From assembly GCA_016933575.1 (NCBI GenBank), contig JAFGAR010000081.1, positions 1-64,000 on the forward strand: a stretch of DNA of 64,000 nt, in the 5' to 3' direction. This DNA is from Candidatus Thorarchaeota archaeon. Its GTDB lineage: Archaea > Asgardarchaeota > Thorarchaeia > Thorarchaeales > Thorarchaeaceae. The notes below the pieces were generated by a model that was not told the DNA's origin, did not search any database, and saw only the letters and a list, made by a program, of their open reading frames with translations. A program made the position numbers and the translations under genes. Positions 37,992 to 47,492 of the stretch are shown here, in pieces; position 1 is the stretch's first letter; every line of letters starts with the position of its first letter.

Positions 37992-38840
37992 TTAGATCAA
38001 CTCCCTAAAATGTAGAGTGTCCCAGTACGTGAAGACAGGTCCATCCGTACAGGTATACAAGTGGTCAAGAGCACAATGTCCACACTTTCCAATACCGCAT
38101 TTCATACGACGCTCCAATGATAGTTGAATCTGGTTCTTTGGAATCTTCAATTTGAGAAACTCATCAATAACAAATTTGTACATCACTGGTGGTCCACAAA
38201 CAACTGCTGTTGTCTTTCTTGGATCTATCTCAGGCAAGTCCTTGAATAGTTTCGTGACCACACCAACATTCTCGGTCCATTCACCGTCAGGTTTGTCGAC
38301 AGTATACATACAATCAATATCTTCACGTTCTTTCAATTGAAAGAACTCATCTCGAAAGAGAATTTCACCTGGATTTCTCGCTCCATACATGAAGAAGACT
38401 CTACTAAATTGGTCTCTATTGTCAAGCACGTAATATAGAATTGAGCGAAGGGGAATCACACCCAGTCCCCCCGCAAGGATGATAATGTCCTTGTTTACCA
38501 TCTGATCTAGCTTGAATCCATTACCGTATGGTCCTCGAATATAGATCATATCATTGTCTCGCTTCTTGAATAATGCTTCAGTCATTTTTCCCATTTTTCG
38601 AACGCCTAGCTCTAGAATTCCAGGTCTGCTTGGTGTTGATGAGATTGAAAATGGAGCCTCTCCAACTCCTGGAATAGACACCATTATGAACTGCCCTGGT
38701 GAATATGTAAATGACATTGCACGATTCATGTCAAGGTGTCGAACTTGGAAGAATCTGTGATCCTTGATTAAATCATAGTGTCGAACGATTCTAGCTGGTT
38801 CCGGTTGATAGGGATTCTCGTACATCTCTGACACATTCAT
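37992..38840 (-). CDS. hydG: Group 3b hydrogenase gamma subunit (FAD/NAD(P), 2Fe-2S)
   Basis: PGQF, GEAPFS, RGPYGNGF, AGGLG, CGPPVM, MKCGIGKCGHC. Confidence 0.95.
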   Translation of the reverse strand: MNVSEMYENPYQPEPARIVRHYDLIKDHRFFQVRHLDMNRAMSFTYSPGQFIMVSIPGVGEAPFSISSTPSRPGILELGVRKMGKMTEALFKKRDNDMIYIRGPYGNGFKLDQMVNKDIIILAGGLGVIPLRSILYYVLDNRDQFSRVFFMYGARNPGEILFRDEFFQLKEREDIDCMYTVDKPDGEWTENVGVVTKLFKDLPEIDPRKTTAVVCGPPVMYKFVIDEFLKLKIPKNQIQLSLERRMKCGIGKCGHCALDHLYTCTDGPVFTYWDTLHFRELI

Positions 38841-39877
38841 TTTTGGGGCACCTCTCTATTCGTAAGGGCTTGCGAAACCGTGAGTACATTGATATCCACA
38901 GGACAGGTTTCAACGCAGCGTCCACATCCGATACAACCAGGACTTCCGTATTCACTTCCAAAGGATTTCAATTTGTGAGTGTACCAAAGTTTCAATCGAT
39001 CTGCTCTCTTTGCTCTGAAGTTATGATCCCCTGATACGAGACTGTAGTCCACGAACATGCAGCTATCCCAGACCCGCTCTCGGCGACCGGTTGTTTCATT
39101 CGTCACATCAAAGACATCAGTCACATTGTAGCAGTTACATGTTGGACAGACCATGGAACACTGCCCACATGAGAGACACTTGTCTGCAAAATAATCCCAG
39201 ACCTCACTATCGTGGCTGAGCTCCATAATGTCTGGCATGCTCTTAAAATCGATATGAGTCTTGAACACCTTGTTCCTTTTGTTTCTCCATTCTATGTATT
39301 TCTGGATATCATCATGACTGACATCTTCTTCAAAGAATTCCTCTCTCTCATAGATCATATCATGACCTCTGCTTGAACCTACCCAGACTAAATAGAACTC
39401 CTTCAAATTGACAAAGAAGAGATCAAATCCTTCTTCCACAATATCTGTTCCGGCAGATTTGCATATGGATGACTCAGTAGGCATACATGAGAATCCAATG
39501 ATGAGGGAGTTCTCTCTTAGTCCTGCATAATACGGATCTGCTGGTTCCTTCAGGAAGATCTCATCAAGTCTTAGGAGACCATGAATCTCACAAGGATGCA
39601 CACCAATGATAATCCTCTTCTCAATCATGGAGTAATCAGGATAGAATCCTTTCTCGTTGAAGTGCAGCATTGTGAACCTCTTTGGATGAAAGAGCTTCTT
39701 CAATGGGATCATTGGATGATCATCTGAAATCTCAAGTTCTGAGGTCTTTTCCACACGGTCAAATGTCAGAATACCATTTCTTCTTACAGGTCCATATAGA
39801 GCACCAAATTTTTCTAGGCTCTCTAAGAACACGTCAAGAAATTTTGATTGCATTTTCAATATGCGCATATGCAACAC
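38837..39877 (-). CDS. hydB: Group 3b hydrogenase beta subunit (Fe-S, AsrA-like)
   Basis: HPCE, CLSCGQCSMVCPTCNC, WDSC, CIGCGRCVETCP. Confidence 0.95.
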   Translation of the reverse strand: MLHMRILKMQSKFLDVFLESLEKFGALYGPVRRNGILTFDRVEKTSELEISDDHPMIPLKKLFHPKRFTMLHFNEKGFYPDYSMIEKRIIIGVHPCEIHGLLRLDEIFLKEPADPYYAGLRENSLIIGFSCMPTESSICKSAGTDIVEEGFDLFFVNLKEFYLVWVGSSRGHDMIYEREEFFEEDVSHDDIQKYIEWRNKRNKVFKTHIDFKSMPDIMELSHDSEVWDYFADKCLSCGQCSMVCPTCNCYNVTDVFDVTNETTGRRERVWDSCMFVDYSLVSGDHNFRAKRADRLKLWYTHKLKSFGSEYGSPGCIGCGRCVETCPVDINVLTVSQALTNREVPQK

Positions 39878-40200
39878 CCTGTCCAGTGTAGCTGGTTGAA
39901 TCGACGTTGCCCAACTGCTTTCTGTTAAGGCTTTTTCCGTAGTTCACATATTTATTTGATATGATAGTGATAAGAAAAAAAGTTATGAATCCAGATTACA
40001 AATCTCAGTAATGAGAACTTAAACATTGATGTAATTCTTCTCGTAGTGAGAAATACCTCCACCTCTTTTCTCTCCAAGATATCGATTGGCAAATATTGCC
40101 ATAAAGCGCCTTCTTGTGGAAGGTCTTCCCTCTATCTCTGAGGTCTTATATGTTCAGGCTATACAATATCGTGAGAACACCACCAATAGAGGTTCGCTAA

Positions 40201-40563
40201 ATGGACACGGCTCGAAGCACGTTAGAATTTGGGAAAGACTGGAGATGCATGCTCAACTATCTTGCTGAATCTGAAAGTCTTGTTGATGTTTACCTATGTT
40301 CCAGTGCATATGGTCATGCTGATGATCGTGATGGGATGGTCGCTGAGACACATGGAGTTCGGATAATCTATGTGGGAGAGGACTATTTCATAGTTGGACC
40401 ACGAAGACCAGTGCACTCAAGCATTATTCCTATGGGCTGGATTTCGATGATTCGAGTTCATGATGATAATGCAAGTTCCAATATGGTCAGTCTAGTAGAA
40501 TCCGAAACCATTGACTCAAATGAGATAGAAATGGATGCTCCTGAGATAGATCTAGAGCATTAG
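40201..40563 (+). CDS. Hypothetical small beta-barrel protein with an acidic tail
   Basis: GVRIIYVGEDYFIV...IIPMGWISMIRV, an Sm/SH3-like strand pattern; GAGG upstream. Confidence 0.65.
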   Translation: MDTARSTLEFGKDWRCMLNYLAESESLVDVYLCSSAYGHADDRDGMVAETHGVRIIYVGEDYFIVGPRRPVHSSIIPMGWISMIRVHDDNASSNMVSLVESETIDSNEIEMDAPEIDLEH

Positions 40564-40645
40564 TTTCATGTGCCCCATCTGAAGTACATGTGATGAAGGT
40601 TCAACCCATTTATATCAATCAACGTCTAGTCTTATTGGTGACTAA

Positions 40646-41173
40646 TTGATGCCTTTCACACCATACCACTTTGGACCTATGTTCTTGTTAGGAATTCTTT
40701 TGCTATCCTTTGTTGATTTATCGACAATCATGATTGCTGGTGTGATTCTTGATATTGAAGTAATAGTGGTTCTGGTCTTCAATCTCTCACAGCCACTTCA
40801 TGGATTCTTTCATACCTATTTTGGAGCAACCTTAGTAGCAATTACGTTATCAATAGTCCTCTGGCCGCTCCGTAAGTTTCTCAATGATATTGTTATTCTC
40901 CTTGGTATTCATCAGGAGTCGAACTATCGAATGATACTCTTTGGAAGTCTGATTGGGACCGAATCCCATGTCTTTCTAGACTCATTTCTCTATTTAGAAA
41001 TGAACCCATTCTATCCGCTCTTGGGAAATCCATTTCTCGATCTGATTCCAAGTGTGATGATATATGATCTCTGTATTATAACGGGCATTCTTGGTCTTGT
41101 TCTCTACGTAATTCGTATACTTTATAGAAAGCCAATATCTTTCCCAAATGTATGGAGCGAGAAGCGTGACTGA
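40646..41173 (+). CDS. Membrane-bound metal-dependent hydrolase-like protein (DUF4184/YdjM-like)
   Basis: MPFTPYH, DIE, HGFFHT, SHVFLD, PFYP. Confidence 0.85.
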   Translation: MMPFTPYHFGPMFLLGILLLSFVDLSTIMIAGVILDIEVIVVLVFNLSQPLHGFFHTYFGATLVAITLSIVLWPLRKFLNDIVILLGIHQESNYRMILFGSLIGTESHVFLDSFLYLEMNPFYPLLGNPFLDLIPSVMIYDLCIITGILGLVLYVIRILYRKPISFPNVWSEKRD

Positions 41174-41879
41174 TTTCTATTCTAGACTGGCAAGATACTA
41201 TGATCAAATGTATTCATTCATAGATTATGAGAAAAATGCGAAGACTTTGAATGAGATAATTCAGAGATATAAAAAAGCCCCAGATACTAGGCTCTTGGAC
41301 GTCGCCTGTGGGACTGGCACTCATCTCAAATATCTAAAGAATACGTACCAAGTTATGGGATTTGACATAAGCAATGAGATGTTGGAAATTGCTGATAAGA
41401 AATGCCCAGACATTGAATTCATTCAAGGTGATATGACATCTATGAGTTTGGATAGGAAGTTCGATGTCATTACATGTCTGTTTGGCTCTATTAACTACCT
41501 CGTAAAGAAAGCTGATTTAGTTAAAGCAATACATGCATTTTCTAAACACCTTGTCACTGGAGGTCTTGTCATCATTGAGCCTATATTCACAACAGACTCA
41601 TATCGCGAAGGTTCCTTAGGGATACTCTGCGTTGATCTACCAGAAATCAAGATCGCTCGTACAAATGTGACACGGCGAGAGGGTGATATTGCTTATCTTG
41701 ATTTTCATTTTCTGATATCAACTCCTGAGACCGGGACTGAGCACTTTGTTGATCCAAGTCCAATGGGTATCTTCTCAAAAGATATGTTTCTGAAAATGAT
41801 GGAAGAGAGTGGGCTCTCTGCGTCCTTCGTAGAACCCGGATTAGCCAAGGAGGGTCTTTTCATTGGTATCAAGAAGTAA
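41166..41879 (+). CDS. Class I SAM-dependent methyltransferase (TylM1/DesVI-like)
   Basis: YYDQMY, LLDVACGTGTH, GDMT, FDVITCLFGSINY; GTG start at 41166. Confidence 0.9.
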   Translation: MTDFYSRLARYYDQMYSFIDYEKNAKTLNEIIQRYKKAPDTRLLDVACGTGTHLKYLKNTYQVMGFDISNEMLEIADKKCPDIEFIQGDMTSMSLDRKFDVITCLFGSINYLVKKADLVKAIHAFSKHLVTGGLVIIEPIFTTDSYREGSLGILCVDLPEIKIARTNVTRREGDIAYLDFHFLISTPETGTEHFVDPSPMGIFSKDMFLKMMEESGLSASFVEPGLAKEGLFIGIKK

Positions 41880-41935
41880 GCTTGCCATTTTTCCCCTTTC
41901 CACTAATTGATTAATACAAATGTGAATGCTCTATT

Positions 41936-42466
41936 ATGGAAGTTGCTACATTTGGTTCCGGGTGTTTTTGGTGTACTGAAGCAGTCTTTCAACAGTTGAA
42001 AGGCGTCAATTCTGTTGTATCTGGATACTCTGGAGGTCATGTTGAGAATCCTAGCTATGAACAGGTTTGCACAGGAAAGACTGGGCATGCTGAGGTCTGC
42101 CAGATTGAATTTGATCCAAAGCAAATATCCTTTGAAGAACTTCTTGAGATTTTCTTTGATACCCACGATCCTACAACATTAAACCGCCAAGGAAACGATT
42201 TCGGCACGCAGTATCGCTCTGTTATTTTCTATCATAATGAAGACCAGAAACAGCTTGCTGAAAAGATGAAAAGTGATCTTGAAGGTAAGAAGACATTCAA
42301 AGGACCCATTGTGACTGAGATTGCCGCATTTGAGAAGTTTTACCCAGCAGAGAATTACCATCAGAATTATTTCCGTGATAATCCCAATCAAGGATATTGT
42401 CGCTACGTCATCGCTCCAAAAGTAGCGAAATTCAAAAAAGTATTCAAACTCAAACTCGATACCTAA
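41936..42466 (+). CDS. msrA: Peptide methionine sulfoxide reductase MsrA
   Basis: [35 protein letters not shown]. Confidence 0.97.
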   Translation: MEVATFGSGCFWCTEAVFQQLKGVNSVVSGYSGGHVENPSYEQVCTGKTGHAEVCQIEFDPKQISFEELLEIFFDTHDPTTLNRQGNDFGTQYRSVIFYHNEDQKQLAEKMKSDLEGKKTFKGPIVTEIAAFEKFYPAENYHQNYFRDNPNQGYCRYVIAPKVAKFKKVFKLKLDT

Positions 42467-42496
42467 CCTATAGAAATATTATTATCTATAGTTAAT

Positions 42497-42997
42497 TCAG
42501 ATATCTCGGTCAAAATGAACGATATTCCTCCATTTGTTTGGTTTCCAAGACAGGCTTTGAAATTCCTTGAAGATCTGCACGAGAATAACAATAGAGCTTG
42601 GTTTGAAGATCATAGCATGAAGTAGATGAAGTTCAATTTCAATCCAATCCTCTTGTGGTGATTCAAGTATCTTATCAATAGCCTGAACAATCTGGTCATG
42701 GTAAAATTGTTGGTCCATATCAGTCATGTCAGGAATATATTTCCAAGGATGTATGTGTGGCACATCCTTGTATTTCTCTTGACTCAAATCTATGACATCT
42801 TTCTTTCTTGTCCACCATGCATGGCCTGCAGCAAGATATCCGAGATTTATAGGGACCTCATTCTCAAGGACTGTTTTACATAATAGTCCGACAAAGTCAT
42901 AGTAGTTACTAGCCTCATCCATGAGGGTGTCAAGAATTGATTTCGTATCATCATCTATGAATGGGTAGTATTTTGTGACGGTCCCCATTGGTTTCAA
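42497..42997 (-). pseudogene. Truncated paralog of the upstream TPR-like protein
   Basis: N-terminal ~125 aa align with 42994-44505 (PMGTVTKYYPFID...DWIEIELHLLHA); homology then stops abruptly. Confidence 0.75.
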
Positions 42998-44505
42998 GTA
43001 ATCGTGTCCTCCTGTTGGAGAATTTGTTCAATATCCTGTATTCGCTTAGTTATTCTTCGTCTAAGAGTTTGAACACCCAGAGAATCTGTGATAGTTAAAG
43101 CATCTTGAAGTGTTGCTAATGCATCTTTGAGTTGCCCGTTATTTTGGTAAAACTCAGATTTGAGTAGCCCTGCATACATTCTGATACCTGGTAGGTCACG
43201 ATCACATGCATACTTTTCCAGAGTGGAAAGCCACTTTCCAGGAGCTGCAACTTTCGTATCATCTCTTGATTGAGAGGCAATCAAATTTTCAACTCGTGCT
43301 AGGTCAAGAAGTGCAGAATTCTGGTCAGTTCCTGTTAGAAACTTATTTGCAATATCCCATGCTCTTTCTATCAATTCTAAGGCAGTTAGAAAATTTCCTT
43401 TTCTCATTTCAATTACTCCTGAAATGTGATAATAGACTCCCAGATAACGTTCCGAGCCAGTTTTAATCAATAATGGGTATGCAGTTTCTAAAGTCTGTTC
43501 AGATTCATCTATTATATTTACCAATGCTAATGCCCAAGCCTTAAAGTAAAACATCTTTGCACTTTCAATTTGAGCATTTGCTCCAATTCCTTTGTTAATC
43601 CACTCCAGCGATTTTTCACCATCCCCTAATGTAGCATAAGTCCTTGCAAGTATCACGAATGTAGTATCACTAATGCGTCTATCATCTCCATCCAATATTT
43701 TCATGATTTCGTGATGACATGAAATTGCTAAATCAAATTCTCCCATTGTCTCATAGAGAATGGATGAATCATTCAAAATTTCAGTGAAAAAACAAGGTGC
43801 TTGTAGATTTTCAACAAGCTCATAGAGATCTTCAAAGATTGTCGCTGCTTCATGAACGTTGAGATAGGTTTGTATCACTCCTTCTTGAAGCATATTCATG
43901 TATAGATACAATTCATCGTCATAGGATTTCGCAAGAGTTTTTCCTTTTTGAAGACATTCAAGAGCTTCCGTCATTTCACCTTCCCTTGCTTTTGCTATCG
44001 CTTCGAATGCATATATTATCGATTCAAAGCAACCCAAGTGTGAATGTGGAGCAATCAAGGCTTTTACTTTCTCTAGTGGTTCTAATAGACTAATGACTTC
44101 TCCAAAGGGATGATGAAAAAATGCATGAAGAATGTGAAGGTCTGCTTCAATCCAATCATCAACTGGGTGTTCTAATACACAATCAATATGCTTAATGACT
44201 GTATCATGAGCTTGTACTTGATCTCTTTCTCCCGAGTCAACAATATGCAACCATGGTTTTATCCAAGGAACATCATTGTATTTTTCCCCAATTAATTGCA
44301 GATTACCACTCATTCTGCACCACCAAGCCTGAACTGTAGCAAGATATGCAAGATTGATTGGAACATCATTCTCAATAGTAGTTTTACATAATATTTGTAC
44401 AAATTCATAGTAATTGTCTGATTCATCCATCAGAGAGTTCAATATCGACTTAGTTCCTTCATCAATGAATGGGTAGTATTTTGTGATGGTCCCCATTGGT
44501 TCCAC
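42994..44505 (-). CDS. TPR-like helical repeat protein
   Basis: Repeated helix pairs (GEFDLAISCH, GDGEKSLEWI, GNFLTALELIERA, GQLKDALATLQDA). Confidence 0.8.
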   Translation of the reverse strand: MEPMGTITKYYPFIDEGTKSILNSLMDESDNYYEFVQILCKTTIENDVPINLAYLATVQAWWCRMSGNLQLIGEKYNDVPWIKPWLHIVDSGERDQVQAHDTVIKHIDCVLEHPVDDWIEADLHILHAFFHHPFGEVISLLEPLEKVKALIAPHSHLGCFESIIYAFEAIAKAREGEMTEALECLQKGKTLAKSYDDELYLYMNMLQEGVIQTYLNVHEAATIFEDLYELVENLQAPCFFTEILNDSSILYETMGEFDLAISCHHEIMKILDGDDRRISDTTFVILARTYATLGDGEKSLEWINKGIGANAQIESAKMFYFKAWALALVNIIDESEQTLETAYPLLIKTGSERYLGVYYHISGVIEMRKGNFLTALELIERAWDIANKFLTGTDQNSALLDLARVENLIASQSRDDTKVAAPGKWLSTLEKYACDRDLPGIRMYAGLLKSEFYQNNGQLKDALATLQDALTITDSLGVQTLRRRITKRIQDIEQILQQEDTIT

Positions 44506-44594
44506 GAGAAGATATTCCCTCCAGAGATTTTCTTCAATTAAAATGGTCTATTGAATAAAGAGACAAAACATATATAGAAATATCGAGTAAATAA

Positions 44595-44636
44595 TATACG
44601 CGATACGTGATACATAAAACACGACACGTGTTACGA
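44595..44636. repeat. Heptad repeat array (consensus GATACRY)
   Basis: TATACGC GATACGT GATACAT AAAACAC GACACGT GTTACGA, period 7. Confidence 0.6.
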
Positions 44637-44651
44637 GATGAGGTGGAACGA

Positions 44652-45032
44652 ATGGAAAATATTGTCGACCCTGATATGAAAAGAACAGAACTTGCGTTCG
44701 AAGAAGATGAGGAAATTGAAATCATAATTCCCCGGAAGTGTGAGAGCTGGGAAGAGCAGCCCTCAAAGGTCAAGCATTCTTATGCTAAACCAGTCAGTGG
44801 ACTAGTAGCAATTGTTGCTTTGCTCTTTGTCCCACTAGTTACTTTTCCTGGTGCAGTAATCTTTGTGCTACTTTTTGAAATCTACTTGATCGATTGGACC
44901 TACTCGAAAGCTCGTTCTGTACGTAAGAATCAATCATCAATCCCTGCAGATAGAATAAGCCATCATAAGTCAGATGTTGAGATTGATAGCAAAATACCGC
45001 AGACCAGACCAAAGGATCAATTTACAAAGTAG
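44652..45032 (+). CDS. Small membrane protein with a central hydrophobic hairpin
   Basis: GAGGTGG ribosome-binding site before ATG 44652; hydrophobic segment VSGLVAIVALL...VLLFEIYL. Confidence 0.7.
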   Translation: MENIVDPDMKRTELAFEEDEEIEIIIPRKCESWEEQPSKVKHSYAKPVSGLVAIVALLFVPLVTFPGAVIFVLLFEIYLIDWTYSKARSVRKNQSSIPADRISHHKSDVEIDSKIPQTRPKDQFTK

Positions 45033-45051
45033 AATCTGCAAATGTAATGAT

Positions 45052-45095
45052 GATACACGATACGCAATCTTATATACGCATATAGAATGATACTA
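45052..45095. repeat. Second GATAC heptad array, upstream of the RHH gene
   Basis: GATACAC GATACGC AATCTTA TATACGC in phase, plus GATACTA at 45089. Confidence 0.55.
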
Positions 45096-45109
45096 CTTGG
45101 GTAAAAACA

Positions 45110-45433
45110 GTGTCAAAAAAAGAAAAGCCAACACGAACAACTCTTCGTGATAGAGTATTGCAGAATATTTCTGCTGATGGCTTCGAGGAAATAGATCGTG
45201 AGATTCCTGTGGTGGCTAGGATGAACAAACGGGTCGTCGAAATCCTTGATGCCATGGTCGCAATTGGCATATTCAAAAGCCGGTCCGAGGCTGCAGCAGC
45301 TCTCGTTGAAGGAGCGATTGCATCCAGAGAGGACTTCTTTGAAGACATTCGAAAACAGGCTTCTAGTCTTAGTGAGCGACAAGATGCTGCAATGAAAGAA
45401 GCCCAAGATGCAATTCTTGGAAAGCTGAAGTGA
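45110..45433 (+). CDS. Ribbon-helix-helix (CopG/MetJ-like) transcriptional regulator
   Basis: VVARMNKRVVEILDAMVAIGIFKSRSEAAAALVEGAI, followed by a coiled coil. Confidence 0.85.
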   Translation: MSKKEKPTRTTLRDRVLQNISADGFEEIDREIPVVARMNKRVVEILDAMVAIGIFKSRSEAAAALVEGAIASREDFFEDIRKQASSLSERQDAAMKEAQDAILGKLK

Positions 45434-45565
45434 TGTGCGTGGAAAGACGCGTTGTCTCGTAATAATCTGAATCTGGGGAATTGCTCAAAGATAATAGTAT
45501 CAATAAAGAACACTCTGAAGATTCAGCAAAACTCCAATTTTATGTACAGAGCTCCATTTTCAGTT

Positions 45566-45988
45566 TTATCTGAATGAATCAACTATCATATCAATTAAGC
45601 TCAGTTCGGATATGACAGGATATTCGTAGGTTACAGTTACTTTGAAAGGCGCGTTGGCAATAACTTCAATGATTGTTGTCGAGTGTTCTCCGTTATAGTT
45701 GAATCTTGCATACACCGAAGTCAATGCTGTTAGGAGAACGTTTTTCGTTTCAATCCATGTTCCATTTGAGTACAGAAATCGTATCAAAGCTGTAATATTG
45801 CATCTGACTGTAACCCACGTGATTTTTGGACCACCGTATGCTATCTCAAGTCTATTCTGTTCTCCCGATTCGTAAGTTGTTTCACGACTAATTTCTACAA
45901 GTTGAGGAACTGGAATAAAACTCACCATCGCAATCAGTATGAAACTTGTAGCATAGAAGAGAGTTTCACGTCGTTTCACGATAAACAA
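45566..45988 (-). CDS. Hypothetical membrane-anchored beta-rich protein
   Basis: N-terminal TM; GGAGG upstream of the TTG start. Confidence 0.65.
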   Translation of the reverse strand: MFIVKRRETLFYATSFILIAMVSFIPVPQLVEISRETTYESGEQNRLEIAYGGPKITWVTVRCNITALIRFLYSNGTWIETKNVLLTALTSVYARFNYNGEHSTTIIEVIANAPFKVTVTYEYPVISELSLIDMIVDSFR

Positions 45989-46111
45989 CCTCCGATAGAT
46001 TGAGATCGAGTTCGTTCCATTATGAATTGTTTACATATTATTGTAATAATTCTATATAGTTTTTGAGTAATGAACTCTATGATTTGAGGCGCTCTTTTCC
46101 TTCACCTATAA

Positions 46112-46138
46112 GAAAAGGACGTGGGGATGAATCCCCAC
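46112..46138 (-). terminator. Terminator after ahcY
   Basis: GTGGGGA-N4-TCCCCAC stem followed on the minus strand by CCTTTTC. Confidence 0.65.
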
Positions 46139-46147
46139 AAGTATCTT

Positions 46148-47404
46148 CTATGTTCCTTCAGCATACGCCTTGGCATATCGCTTTTGTTCTTCGGTCCATT
46201 CATCTATGGTAATTCCCATAGTATGGAGCTTCAACCTTGCTGTTTCTTGATCGAGTTCTTTTGGAAACTCGTATACACCTGGTTTGAGTTCCTTTCCATT
46301 CTTTGCTAACCACATCATTGAATTGAATTGACTGCTGAAACTCAGATCCATCACAGAGCTTGGATGACCTTCTCCCGCCGCTAGATTGACAAGTCTACCT
46401 TCGCCCAGTAAGTAGATATTTCTTCCATCTTTGAGAGTGTACTGGTCTAATGCATGTCTAACTCGCTTCTTTTCTTTAGTTAAAGCCATGAGTTCTGGTT
46501 CGTTAATTTCTACATTGTAGTGTCCAGCGTTCCCGAGGATAGCTCCGTCTTTCATGACTTTGATATGAGCGCCAGTAACGACATCTTTCATTCCTGTGGC
46601 AGTGAGAAACACATCTCCTAATGGAGCGGCGTCATCCATCTTCATGACCTGATAGCCATCCATTCTTGCCTGCAGTGCTCTAACTGGGTCCACTTCAGTG
46701 ACAATCACATCTGCACCAAGACCCTTGGCACGCAACGCCATGCCCCTGCCGCAATAACCATAACCGCCAATAACAACAGTCTTCCCAGCGACAAGAATTG
46801 CTGAGGCTCTCAGTAGACCATCAAAGACCGACTGTCCTGTTCCATATACATTATCGAACAGGTGTTTGGTATCTGCGTCGTTTACTGCCATGATTGGATA
46901 TTTCAGCGCACCATCTTCAGCCATGGCTCTAATTCTGATGACTCCCGTAGTAGTCTCCTCAGAACCTCCATACAAGTTTGGAATGAGTTCTTCGTGTTTA
47001 TTGTGTAGTGTGAATATGAGATCTGCTCCATCATCAAGTGTCAGAGTTGGCTTTGACTTGAGTGTCTGTTCAATACACCAGTAGTATTCCTCAGTATTCA
47101 ATCCGTGCCATGCAAAGACTGGCACATCATTAGCTGCAAGAGCTGCTGCTACTTTGTCATTGGTTGAGAGGGGATTACATCCTGACCATGCAACCTCAGC
47201 ACCAGCTGCACGAAGTGTTTCAACCAGAACTGCGGTTTCTTTGGTCACATGCAGACACCCTGCAATTCTCATTCCCTTGAGAGGTTTGGTCTTTGCGTAT
47301 TTCTCTCTGAGATGCATGAGAACTGGCATGTGTTTCTCTGCATAATCTATTAGCATCCTGCCTTCTTTGGCAAGACCTATGTCTTTGACCTTATATTCAG
47401 TCAT
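46148..47404 (-). CDS. ahcY: Adenosylhomocysteinase
   Basis: GCLHVT, CNPLST, EETTTG, KHLFDNVYGTGQS, GYGYCG, GRLVNL, GHPS. Confidence 0.98.
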   Translation of the reverse strand: MTEYKVKDIGLAKEGRMLIDYAEKHMPVLMHLREKYAKTKPLKGMRIAGCLHVTKETAVLVETLRAAGAEVAWSGCNPLSTNDKVAAALAANDVPVFAWHGLNTEEYYWCIEQTLKSKPTLTLDDGADLIFTLHNKHEELIPNLYGGSEETTTGVIRIRAMAEDGALKYPIMAVNDADTKHLFDNVYGTGQSVFDGLLRASAILVAGKTVVIGGYGYCGRGMALRAKGLGADVIVTEVDPVRALQARMDGYQVMKMDDAAPLGDVFLTATGMKDVVTGAHIKVMKDGAILGNAGHYNVEINEPELMALTKEKKRVRHALDQYTLKDGRNIYLLGEGRLVNLAAGEGHPSSVMDLSFSSQFNSMMWLAKNGKELKPGVYEFPKELDQETARLKLHTMGITIDEWTEEQKRYAKAYAEGT

Positions 47405-47492
47405 TTTCATCAACAATGTTCGCAGAGACCGTTAAGTATATGAATCTTCCATCAGTATAATAAATGAAATGCACAAAAAACAGGGTTAAAAA

